Source of the DNA: an uncultured archaeon
GTDB taxonomy: Archaea > Iainarchaeota > Iainarchaeia > Iainarchaeales > DATDZZ01
DNA: 24,196 nt
Assembly: GCA_964373795.1 (NCBI GenBank)
Contig: CAYJVY010000002.1
Location: 1-24,196 of the forward strand
Reading direction: 5' to 3'
Shown here piece by piece: positions 1 to 7,900 of this stretch (position 1 is its first letter; every line of letters begins with the position of its first letter). Both the position numbers and the translations under genes were made by a program. The notes below the pieces were generated by a model that was given only the letters and a program-made list of their open reading frames with translations, was not told the DNA's origin and did no database searches.

Positions 1-339
1 GCCTGGAAAGGAGGAGATTTTGCAGCTACGCATATTACCCCAAACGAAGAGGAAAGAGAAAAAGTAAAGACAAGAGGAAAGCAAGGTAGAAATGAAAAAA
101 CAGCTTTATTAAAAGCAAGATATGCAAATGTAATAGTGGATTCAAAAGCAAATAAAATGGAAAAATTTGAAATAGTTACTGTAAAAGATAATCCAGCAAA
201 TAAAGAATTTGCTAGAAGAAATATTATAACAAAGGGAGCTGTAATTGAAGTTAAAAACGCTAAAGGCGAAAATCAAAAAGTAAGGGTTACAAGCAGACCA
301 GGACAATCAGGAGTTATTTCGGCGATCGTCTTAAAATAG
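1..339 (+). CDS. rps8e: 30S ribosomal protein S8e, C-terminal part (5' end outside the window)
   Basis: Frame 1 is open from base 1 (AWKGGDFAATHITPNEEEREKVKTRGKQGRNEKTALLKARYANVIVDSK...). The tail ...VRVTSRPGQSGVISAIVLK matches the conserved archaeal S8e C-terminus (TSRPGQ.G..NAVLL). The listed GTG at 136 is internal. A T6 tract (343-348) follows the stop. Confidence 0.85.
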   Translation, partial: AWKGGDFAATHITPNEEEREKVKTRGKQGRNEKTALLKARYANVIVDSKANKMEKFEIVTVKDNPANKEFARRNIITKGAVIEVKNAKGENQKVRVTSRPGQSGVISAIVLK

Positions 340-538
340 GGTTTTTTGGCGTTTTGAGTAAGAATTTGAGGGTTTTAAGAGTATTTGTTTGTTTTTCTAA
401 AACTAAAGCTTTAAATACTTCATTGGCAGGTATTTATATAGATTACTAATGGACTTTTTTTCTACTAGTAAATGTGTATCTTAAATCTTATTGTGTAGAG
501 CCTAGCAAATAAATGTTGTTTAAAGGTGGTGAAACTGT

Positions 539-1438
539 ATGAGTTGTCCTGCATGTGGAAGTAATAGATTAACCCATGACAATGAAAAAGGAGAAGTTAT
601 TTGTAATAACTGTGGAGAAGTTATTAGTGATGAAATGGTTGACTCTGGAAAGGAATGGCGTTCATTTGATTCAGATCAATTTGATGAAAGATCTAGAACT
701 GGAAGCCCAATGAAGTACGTGAAATTAAATAAAGGGCTTGTAACAATGATTGACAGAAGAGGAACAGATTTAAGGGGAAACAAACTATCAAGCAAGTCTA
801 GAGCTCAAATGTATAGATTAATTAAATGGCATAAAAGAGCAAGCATTTCTAGTTCAATGCAAAGAAATTTATCAATTGCTTTAACTGAGTTGAGGAGAAT
901 TGCTTCTTACTTAAATATTCCTGAAGAACTAATTGAAGCAGCAGCATTGCTTTACAGAAAAACAGTTAAAAAAGGATTAATTAGAGGAAGATTAATTGAA
1001 GCAGTTGTATCTGCTGTTTTGTATACTGTTTGTAGAACTTATAATGTTCCAAGAACTTTAAATGAAATGGCTGAAGCATCTGGTTTAACTAAAAAAGAAA
1101 TTGGAAGAACTTATAGATTCTTAGTAAGAGAATTAAAGTTAGGAGTTCCTTTGACTAATCCAATTCATTATATTCCTAGATTTGCAGCTGAATTAAATTT
1201 GAGTGGAGAAGTTCAGGAAGAAGGAAGAAAGATTCTTGAACAAGCAATCTCTAATGGATTAATTTCTGGAAGAGGTCCAACAGGAGTGGCAGCAGCAGCT
1301 GTTTACATTGCTGGATTGCTTAAAGGAGAAAGAAGAACTCAAAAAGAAGTTGCAAATGTTGCAGGGGTAACAGAAGTAACAATTCGAAACAGATACAGAG
1401 AATTAAAGAAAAGATTGAAAATCGAAGTATCTGCTTAA
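539..1438 (+). CDS. tfb: Transcription initiation factor IIB (TFB)
   Basis: N-terminal Zn-ribbon CPACGS...CNNCG, B-finger/linker, then two cyclin-like repeats (..LRRIASYLNIPEELIEAAALLYRK.., ..IPRFAAELNLSGEVQEEGRKILEQA.., RGPTGVAAAAVYIA). Length of 299 aa is typical. SD GGTGGTGA at 525-532, 6 nt before the ATG. Confidence 0.95.
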   Translation: MSCPACGSNRLTHDNEKGEVICNNCGEVISDEMVDSGKEWRSFDSDQFDERSRTGSPMKYVKLNKGLVTMIDRRGTDLRGNKLSSKSRAQMYRLIKWHKRASISSSMQRNLSIALTELRRIASYLNIPEELIEAAALLYRKTVKKGLIRGRLIEAVVSAVLYTVCRTYNVPRTLNEMAEASGLTKKEIGRTYRFLVRELKLGVPLTNPIHYIPRFAAELNLSGEVQEEGRKILEQAISNGLISGRGPTGVAAAAVYIAGLLKGERRTQKEVANVAGVTEVTIRNRYRELKKRLKIEVSA

Positions 1439-1471
1439 AGGGTTTAAACCCTTTTCTTTTTTTATTTTTTT
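1438..1471 (+). terminator. Palindrome plus oligo-T terminator after tfb
   Basis: Perfect 16-nt palindrome AAGGGTTTAAACCCTT (1438-1453) overlaps the tfb stop codon. It is followed by TTCTTTTTTTATTTTTTT; oligo-T tracts are the known archaeal termination signal. Confidence 0.5.
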
Positions 1472-1477
1472 AGAAGA

Positions 1478-1490
1478 ACATTTAAATCAT
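1478..1490 (+). promoter_or_regulatory. TATA box candidate for the 1510 ORF (leaderless spacing)
   Basis: ACATTTAAATCAT is centred about 26 nt upstream of the ATG at 1510, with no SD in between. Confidence 0.45.
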
Positions 1491-1509
1491 TTCTATTTAT
1501 TTTCTATTT

Positions 1510-1812
1510 ATGGGAAGCTTTATTGAATTAAATGATACTTTGCAAATTACTTCTGAACAAGGATTTCCTTTCAAAGAATTAAATTTAAATAAACATAGAA
1601 AAAAGCCTTTAACTGCAAAGGAATTCGAAGGAAGAGTATTTGAATTTTATGACAAGCCAGGCGCAAGGCTTTACCATCTTTCTCCAACTAGATGTTTTTT
1701 AGTTCACAACATTAAAGGCAAATGGCTTTACTGGGGCAAAATAGTAATATTAGAGCAAACAATTTCTTCGGTAGGCGAAAAGCAAACGAATCCAGGGGAA
1801 AGCTTTTTCTAA
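1510..1812 (+). CDS. Small conserved-looking hypothetical protein (100 aa)
   Basis: Intact ORF with a TATA box at leaderless spacing. Non-repetitive, globular-looking sequence (..GRVFEFYDKPGARLYHLSPTRCFLVHNIKGKWLYWGKIVILEQ..). I do not recognise a family with confidence. Confidence 0.5.
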   Translation: MGSFIELNDTLQITSEQGFPFKELNLNKHRKKPLTAKEFEGRVFEFYDKPGARLYHLSPTRCFLVHNIKGKWLYWGKIVILEQTISSVGEKQTNPGESFF

Positions 1813-1853
1813 CAAACAAAAGGTTTTTATTTTTCCTCTCCATTATTATTGCA

Positions 1854-2153
1854 ATGACTAAAGAAAATCCTTTTAAAGAATTAAAAAGAAGTTGCACTCT
1901 TTGCACTACTTATAAAAATTTTAAACCAGGGCATTCTGAAAAAGAAAGAGAACAAGTCCAAGAATGCTTGAAACAACTAGCAAATCAATTTAATAACAAA
2001 TTCAATGCTTTAAGAAAAGAAGATGCTTCAGGAACAGCAATTAAACAAGCAAAGGAAAGAAAGGCTATTTGTTTGCAAGCATTAGATGTTTGCCAAAAAT
2101 GTGATAAAGAATTTGACAAGGCAAACAGATTTTTAATGGACAACTTTAAATAA
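1854..2153 (+). CDS. Small helical Cys-containing hypothetical protein (99 aa, start re-set to internal ATG)
   Basis: The listed ORF 1722-2153 overlaps the previous gene in another frame and its first 44 codons are junk-like. The ATG at 1854 (MTKENPFKELKRSCTLCTT...) follows T-tracts and an AT-rich box (1826-1836) at leaderless distance. Six Cys include CxxC (C14/C17) and CxxC (C80/C83). Confidence 0.5.
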   Translation: MTKENPFKELKRSCTLCTTYKNFKPGHSEKEREQVQECLKQLANQFNNKFNALRKEDASGTAIKQAKERKAICLQALDVCQKCDKEFDKANRFLMDNFK

Positions 2154-2171
2154 ATTTTTTTCCAAAAAATT

Positions 2172-2240
2172 TAGTAAAAACAAATTTTAGTAAAACATTA
2201 TAGTAAAAAACATTATAGTAAAAACAGCCTAGTAAAAAAA
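2172..2240. repeat. Five tandem TAGTAAAA(A)CA-type units, period 13-16 bp, in a convergent intergenic spacer
   Basis: TAG of the motif falls at 2172, 2188, 2201, 2216 and 2230. On the minus strand the units read TTTT(T)ACTA, giving five successive oligo-T tracts just 3' of the rpl35ae stop. Confidence 0.7.
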
Positions 2241-2501
2241 TTATTGAATTAAAATTCTTTCACCTAATGCAATTGTTGGAACTCCTTTTTCAAATCTAAC
2301 TCTTACAGCTCCTTTATTGCCATGAGCAGACATTACTTTTCCAACCAATCTTTTTCCAGAAGAAGTAGTCCAAACAGCTTTTCTTCCCACAAGAGTTGAA
2401 GCTTTTTTTCTATTATCAATGTCATTTAAGTCAACTATTACTTGATTACTAGTAGAAGTAGATCTTCCTCGTCTATAATTTTTAATATTTCCAGCCATCA
2501 T
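2241..2501 (-). CDS. rpl35ae: 50S ribosomal protein L35Ae
   Basis: 86 aa. NYRRGRSTSTSNQVIV...LVGRKAVWTTSSGKRLVGKVMSAHGNKGAVRVRFEKGVPTIALGERI matches the L35Ae signature (HG..G.vR..F..G.P..a.G). SD GGTGAT at 2506-2511, 4 nt before the ATG. Confidence 0.9.
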   Translation of the reverse strand: MMAGNIKNYRRGRSTSTSNQVIVDLNDIDNRKKASTLVGRKAVWTTSSGKRLVGKVMSAHGNKGAVRVRFEKGVPTIALGERILIQ

Positions 2502-2538
2502 TTAAATCACCAATTAAAGTAAATAAGAAAAATAACAC

Positions 2539-2550
2539 TTTTAAATATTT
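2539..2550 (-). promoter_or_regulatory. TATA box candidate for rpl35ae
   Basis: TTTTAAATATTT lies about 43 nt upstream of the ATG at 2501, consistent with a short leader carrying the GGTGAT SD. Confidence 0.4.
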
Positions 2551-2570
2551 GCATTTCAAATTCCAGATAC

Positions 2571-2580
2571 ATTTAAATTA
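2571..2580 (+). promoter_or_regulatory. TATA box candidate for rnhB (leaderless spacing)
   Basis: ATTTAAATTA is centred about 27 nt upstream of the ATG at 2602, with no SD. Confidence 0.45.
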
Positions 2581-2601
2581 ATGCATTGAGTAAAAATCAA
2601 T

Positions 2602-3252
2602 ATGCTTATTGCAGGAATTGATGAAGCAGGCAGAGGCCCTTGTATGGGCCCTTTATGTATTTCAGTTGTCTTAATTAAAAAAACTCAAGAAGAAAAATTA
2701 ATTAGTTTAGGATTAAAGGATTCAAAGCTTTTAACTGAAAGCCAAAGAGAAAATTTTTATCCCCAAATTCAATCAGTTGCTCAGGCATATTCTTTTATCA
2801 AAATTCATCCAAAGGAATTAGATGAATTAATGACTTGGAAATCGTTAAACGAAATTGAGGCAATGAAAATCGGGCAACTGTTAAACGAATTAAAAGAAAA
2901 ACCTTCAACAATTTTTGTTGACTCGCCCGATCCAATTGCAGAAGAATTTGCAAACAGAATTAAAAAATACATTTCTTTTTCAACTCACATTATTGCCGAA
3001 CACAAAGCAGACTTTAATTATCCAATTGTAAGTGCGGCATCAATTATTGCAAAAGTTGAAAGAGATAAAGAAATCAAAAAAATTGCAGAAAAATTTGGAG
3101 ACATTGGATCAGGATATTCAAGCGATCCAAAAACAATTTCATTTATTGAAAAATATTTAGAGGAAAACAATAAATTGCCCGAATTTGTGAGAAACAATTG
3201 GGAAACAAATAAACGAATTTTAGACAACAAATTCCAACAAAAATTATTTTAA
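2602..3252 (+). CDS. rnhB: Ribonuclease HII
   Basis: IAGIDEAGRGPCMGPL catalytic motif, DSKLLTESQRE, EHKADFNYPIVSAASIIAKVERD, GSGYSSDPKT. Length is the archaeal type-2 RNase H size (216 aa). Confidence 0.92.
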   Translation: MLIAGIDEAGRGPCMGPLCISVVLIKKTQEEKLISLGLKDSKLLTESQRENFYPQIQSVAQAYSFIKIHPKELDELMTWKSLNEIEAMKIGQLLNELKEKPSTIFVDSPDPIAEEFANRIKKYISFSTHIIAEHKADFNYPIVSAASIIAKVERDKEIKKIAEKFGDIGSGYSSDPKTISFIEKYLEENNKLPEFVRNNWETNKRILDNKFQQKLF

Positions 3253-3275
3253 ATATTTGCAGTGTAAATAATTTA

Positions 3276-3731
3276 ATGACTAAAAAAAATAATGTAATTG
3301 AGTTTGAATTCGATTTAGATCAATTAGAAGGATTATTCGAAGAAATATTATGCGAAATACTTGAATCAGAAGAAGAGTTAAATCAACCAATAACTTTGGG
3401 GTTTACAATTAAAATAGTTGATGGCAAAAAATCAAATATTAAAAGAATTGATTTTGAAAGAGTTAAAGAAGAACCAAATCCACTAATTAATGTTGTAGAG
3501 CAAAAAACCAATGTGGAGGTAACAATTGATTTAGCAGGAATTAATGATAAAAAAATCGATTACGGAGTTTATAGAAACAAGTTTTTTGTTAAAATCAATT
3601 CCTTAAATTTTTATAAAGAGTTTCTCTTCAATAAAATGTTAAACAGACAAATAAGGAGAAAAATAAAAAATAATATACTTATTTTGTCTTTTACTAAAAA
3701 AAACAGTCAAACAAATGTAAACAAAAACTAA
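3276..3731 (+). CDS. Hypothetical protein with possible Hsp20/alpha-crystallin-like C-terminal domain
   Basis: PLINVVEQKTNVEVTIDLAGINDKKIDYGVYRNKFFVKINS...IKNNILILSFTKK resembles the ACD pattern (P.vDv.E....v.v.vdlPGv.kedI.v.v..n.L.I ... NGvL.i.l.K). The similarity is weak and judged by eye. A TATA-like TTTTAAATATTT (3247-3258) overlaps the rnhB stop, about 24 nt before the ATG. Confidence 0.4.
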   Translation: MTKKNNVIEFEFDLDQLEGLFEEILCEILESEEELNQPITLGFTIKIVDGKKSNIKRIDFERVKEEPNPLINVVEQKTNVEVTIDLAGINDKKIDYGVYRNKFFVKINSLNFYKEFLFNKMLNRQIRRKIKNNILILSFTKKNSQTNVNKN

Positions 3732-4460
3732 TTATTTTTTGAAGTAAATTATTAAAATAACTGTTAAAGCAATTAATGAAATCAGTATTAAATTATTTTC
3801 CGGAACAGTTATTGGCTTTTTTTCTCTTGCAATAGTAAAACTAGTTGAAGCAACATTATTGAATAAATTGTCAAGCGAATTTGAATCGGATAAATTTTGT
3901 AATTCAGCTATTGCTTGATAGCTTTTCCCTTCTGAAAAAACAGGAGAAGCAATTGAATATGTTTGAGTTTCTTGAATGGAAGTATTTGCTGCAACGCTTA
4001 TAAATTTTGTTTGCCTTGAACCTTGAACTTCGGTTTTAGTTGCAGAATCAATTAAATAGAAAACTATTTTTTGACTTGAAATATTTTTGCTTGAAAAATT
4101 ATTTATAGTTGTTTGCAAGCTTACACTTGAAGGCAATCCCGAAGAATTTGGAAGAAAAGCAATATTAGGAGTTGCAGTAATTTTTGTTAAACCCCATACA
4201 TCAACTATTTTTAAAAACCCGCAAACTTCAGGGAATTTATCTAAGCAAATAACTAATGGATTTAAGCATCCGCCTACAGACAACTCTATCTTGAAATTAT
4301 TTGAGTCAAGTTTTTCTTTTCCCCCAGTATCAGCACAAATATATCCAATAAAATTATTTCCAGAACCAATTGGATCTAAAGTATAAGTTAATTGGGAAAA
4401 GACTGATTGAATGAAAAAAAGCAAGGCAAACAAGACAATTAAATAATTGAATTCCTTCAT
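3732..4460 (-). CDS. Exported protein with signal peptide and C-terminal transmembrane anchor
   Basis: N-terminus MKEFNYLIVLFALLFFIQSVFSQ is signal-peptide-like. The C-terminus ...PENNLILISLIALTVILIIYFKK is a hydrophobic helix plus basic tail. Four Cys in the N-terminal half and several N-x-S/T sequons. Last gene of the 8421->3732 cluster. Confidence 0.7.
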   Translation of the reverse strand: MKEFNYLIVLFALLFFIQSVFSQLTYTLDPIGSGNNFIGYICADTGGKEKLDSNNFKIELSVGGCLNPLVICLDKFPEVCGFLKIVDVWGLTKITATPNIAFLPNSSGLPSSVSLQTTINNFSSKNISSQKIVFYLIDSATKTEVQGSRQTKFISVAANTSIQETQTYSIASPVFSEGKSYQAIAELQNLSDSNSLDNLFNNVASTSFTIAREKKPITVPENNLILISLIALTVILIIYFKK

Positions 4461-4475
4461 TTTGTTTCACTTTAA

Positions 4476-4787
4476 TTACTTAATTACTATAGGAGTTATT
4501 CTATAAAAACCTATCAGTTTTTCTTGATTTAAATCAATTAATGCAGTGTAGTTTCCTTTTTCAGTGAAAAAATTTATTTGAATAAAATCTTTTTCTGGGA
4601 GATTTTTAATTAGGGAATCGTTTGAATTTCTCACTTCAGTTTTTGAAATGAATTTAAATTCTTTTTTAACTGATGAATTGAAGTCAAGTTTTTTTAAGTC
4701 TTGGCTTTGAAGTGCAATTAATTCAAGTTTTTGCTTTACTTCGTCAGTAAAAGTGAACTCAGTTTTTTGAAGATTAGTTGAAGACAT
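4476..4787 (-). CDS. Small hypothetical protein; reading frame probably extends to 4967 to include an N-terminal TM helix (see findings)
   Basis: ORF as listed (ATG at 4787). The same frame stays open for 60 more codons upstream, encoding IKPIRLILILIVLILISFNAFFIF..., but with no ATG/GTG/TTG. Confidence 0.6.
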   Translation of the reverse strand: MSSTNLQKTEFTFTDEVKQKLELIALQSQDLKKLDFNSSVKKEFKFISKTEVRNSNDSLIKNLPEKDFIQINFFTEKGNYTALIDLNQEKLIGFYRITPIVIK

Positions 4788-4977
4788 TTGCTTTGTTTGA
4801 GAATTAATTTCATTTGAAGATGCAGTCGTGTTTTCAAATTTACTTGATTCAAGTATATTTGAATCAACATTGTCTTGAGAATTGTTGAAGGAATTGAAAA
4901 TAAAAAATGCATTAAAAGAAATTAGTATTAAAACTATTAAAATTAAAATTAATCTAATTGGTTTAATTTAATTCACC

Positions 4978-7900
4978 TTAAGAGGTAAATTGGATTTGAA
5001 TTGATTCAGTTATGGAGCCTTTTTTTATTGAGACTTTTATTTTATGGCTTGCTCCGGGAACTAGTTTGCATGTCTCGCCTGTTCCAGGGCCTCCAATTGC
5101 ATAATTTATTTGTCCATTATTGATTTCTTTTCCAGTTGTTTTACATCCTTCTTCTCCTTTACTTGAATCTAAATCAATTACTTCTGCATCAAAAGAACCA
5201 TTATCTAATGGCTTATTTGGAGTGACTGTTTTGTCAACTATAAATCCATTTAATGGAATAACTGTATTCAGAGAAGAAGCTGTTAATGGAATCCCTCCTC
5301 CATAGGGGCAGTCAGGGTGTTGGTCAACTATTGGAACTGCACCTTGATCTATTGCTCCTTGAAATGCTTCTGTTACTCCACTTACTTGGCTTTGAGTATG
5401 TAAAGTAATTGATTTTCCTTCAACTTGAAGGCCATCTCTTGCATCAAATTTACAACTCCAAATCTCTATTGGCTGAGAATTAGTTGCTTTTGCATCAAAG
5501 TAAGCTGATTTAATTATTGAAGGATATTGAGGGTCGTCATTGCTTATATAAATTGAAGGAGTATCGTTTAAACTTGAAATAGATCTATTCAAGTTATTTG
5601 CGTTTTTTGTTCCTTCAATGTAAATTGATTGAATTGCATTATTTGGATTAGATGTTTTAGGCAAACCTCGATTAATAATTATTTGTCTTTGAGTATTTGT
5701 TGCTCCAATTAAAACTAGTTGGGAATTTTTTAAATAAAGATGATCCTTTAAATTAATTCTTCCATTAATTCTTGAAATCCAGCTATTAGTTAATTCAAGC
5801 ACTTCCCCTGAAATGTTTTTAATTTCATTCCCTGAATCGCTTACATTTGGATTAATTGAGGATTCGTTTTTTAATTCAAGTTTTTTAAATTTTAATTCAG
5901 CTGGACCAAAATTTTGAATAGTTGAATTATCTAATGAAATAACTCCATTTAAGTCAGTGAAATTAGTTGAAGCATTATTCATGAACTGAATAGTTGAATC
6001 ACTTAAATAAATATTGTTAGAAGATTTTAATTCATCAATTCTTCCATTTACGCCAGTAAAACTTATTTTGTTTAAAGAAATATCTCCTGCAGTGGATTCA
6101 ATTTTAAATGTTGCTTCAGGAGAAGTTATTTCGCTTGTTGCAAGGTTAGTGAAAACAATTGATTTAGCTGTAATGCTTGGAATTAAGCTTGCATCTCCAA
6201 AAAACACAGTTGCTAAATTGTTTCCAGTGAAAGCAATTGAACCATTTGAAGCAGTAATTGCTCCTTTAACTGTTCTTACTTGTCCAAGATTTTCAGAGTC
6301 ATTCCAAAAAGCAGGAGGACTAGCATTGTGAACTGAAATGTTTCCATTTAAAGCAGTAATGCCTGTAATTCCAGTTGAATTGTCCCCATCAATTCTAGAA
6401 TTAGATACAGTAATATTTTGAGCAACAGTAATTGCTCCTTTCAAGTTTCGCAATCCTCTTTTAGAGTCTTTAACAGTTAAAGATCCAATTGAAACATTAA
6501 TGTCTCCCGCTCCATTAATTGCTCCATTATCTTCTTCTCCTAAAAATACTCCAGTAACATTTAATCCATCTGTTCCTTCAACTTTTATTGCAATAGGGTT
6601 TGAAAACTTTAAAGTTGAATCAACTAAACTAGTTTTTCCTAAAACAATGAATTCTGAATCAGGAATGGTTTCAAAATGCATGTCATAAATCATTGAAGAA
6701 TTCACGATTAAATTTCCTGAAGTTGAAAGTTTTCTAACTCCTCTTAAGACAGCACTATTTAGAGTAATGTTTGAAGGCTTTGCTGCTTGATTTCCTGCAG
6801 TAGTTTTATCAAAATCAGGCATTGAAAGCTCGTAAAATCCTTTATCTCCAAATTTTCCTCCTTCAAATTTTAGTTCTCCATTAGTTGCAAGTCTTAAAGG
6901 CTTGAGGGAAGTGATTAACCAATTATTTGAAGGCCCTTGACCTTTGAAAGAAATTCCTTTTCCAGGAGCAGTTGCAGTAATCTCAAAATTCTCTGTTGCA
7001 TTGCCTCCTAGATTTAAAATCATTGGAGAATTAAATGTTCCAGCATTAGAGTTATCAAAAACAATTTCACCTGACTTGGATTTAATGAAATCAATTCCTG
7101 ATGAAGCATCACCGCTAAGCAATGCATTGAATACTTTAATATCTTTTTCAACTATTACTGGCCCTCCTTTAATGTTTAAAATTCCACTAGAAGGCTGATA
7201 TGCAGGCTGATAAGAAGGTGAAGCCTCTCCAATTAACAATGCTCCTGCAAGTACATTAACTGTTTCAGGAGAATTAATGGTTGAAATATTAAGTAAAGAA
7301 AGTCCAGTTGCTCCTCTAACAAACACTGGTTTTGGAGTAGTAAAAGACAATCCAGAAGAATTAAAGGAAAGATTTCCTGAAACATCAAGATTAGTTGTTA
7401 ATCCTAAAACATTACTTGAAGTCGCTGAAAAATTTCCTCCAATTAACACAGGCCCAGAAGAAGAAACATTAGTGAAAAGACCTGAATTCAAAGTCAAATC
7501 CCCTACAACATTAAAGTCCTTAAAAGTCCGATCAAAATTTGATGAAGAAATATTTGCTGAGCCAACTTGAAATACCCCTTCTCCTCCTGAAACAAATCCA
7601 ATAGTTGAACCAGTAGAAGTTAAAACTCCATTTACATGAATTCCTTCTTTTGGAGAAGCATTCACAATTTTACTGTAATTCATGTTTCCAAAAACAGCAT
7701 TAGTCAAAGTAGCATTTCCACTCACATTTAATATATATGCTCCATCAATTGAAAATCTGTTGTCACGATAAGAGTCTTGAACTCCAGTAATTGATGCATT
7801 TCCTTGAACAGTTATTGGCCCTGATTGATAGAAATGAATTTTTGATTTCTCCATATCTAAATTGCCTTTAACAATTATTTCAGGAGATCCAATGCCAAGC

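Noticed and set aside
340-538. 200-bp AT-rich spacer upstream of tfb as a replication origin or sRNA locus
   Set aside because: I see no ORB-like repeated boxes, no adjacent cdc6/orc1, and only a weak 6-bp inverted repeat (TTACTA...TAGTAA, 445-473). There are several TATA-like boxes (409-418, 431-440, 479-490). I could not decide which one drives tfb, so no promoter is called.
1722-1853. N-terminal 44 codons of the listed 1722-2153 ORF, and the minus-strand ORF 1712-1906
   Set aside because: The extension overlaps the 3' end of the 1510-1812 gene and runs through its T-tract terminator region. The internal ATG at 1854 has a better promoter context. The antisense ORF is hydrophobic AT-rich noise.
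2172-2240. TAGTAAAA array as a CRISPR array or mobile-element terminal repeat
   Set aside because: The 13-16 bp period leaves no room for spacers. There are no cas, transposase or integrase genes in the window and no inverted terminal copies.
3729-3734. Back-to-back stop codons (TAATTA) of convergent genes with zero intergenic distance
   Set aside because: This is real but ordinary for a highly compacted genome. It gives no evidence of a special function beyond shared T-rich flanks.
3018-4386. ORFs 3018-3230 (-) and 4087-4386 (+), antisense to rnhB and to the 3732-4460 gene. Similar cases: 10396-10587 (-), 11287-11493 (+), 12435-12620 (+), 19529-19762 (+) and 21648-21902 (-)
   Set aside because: Each lies inside or against a better-supported gene on the other strand. 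They lack initiation signals and recognisable motifs.
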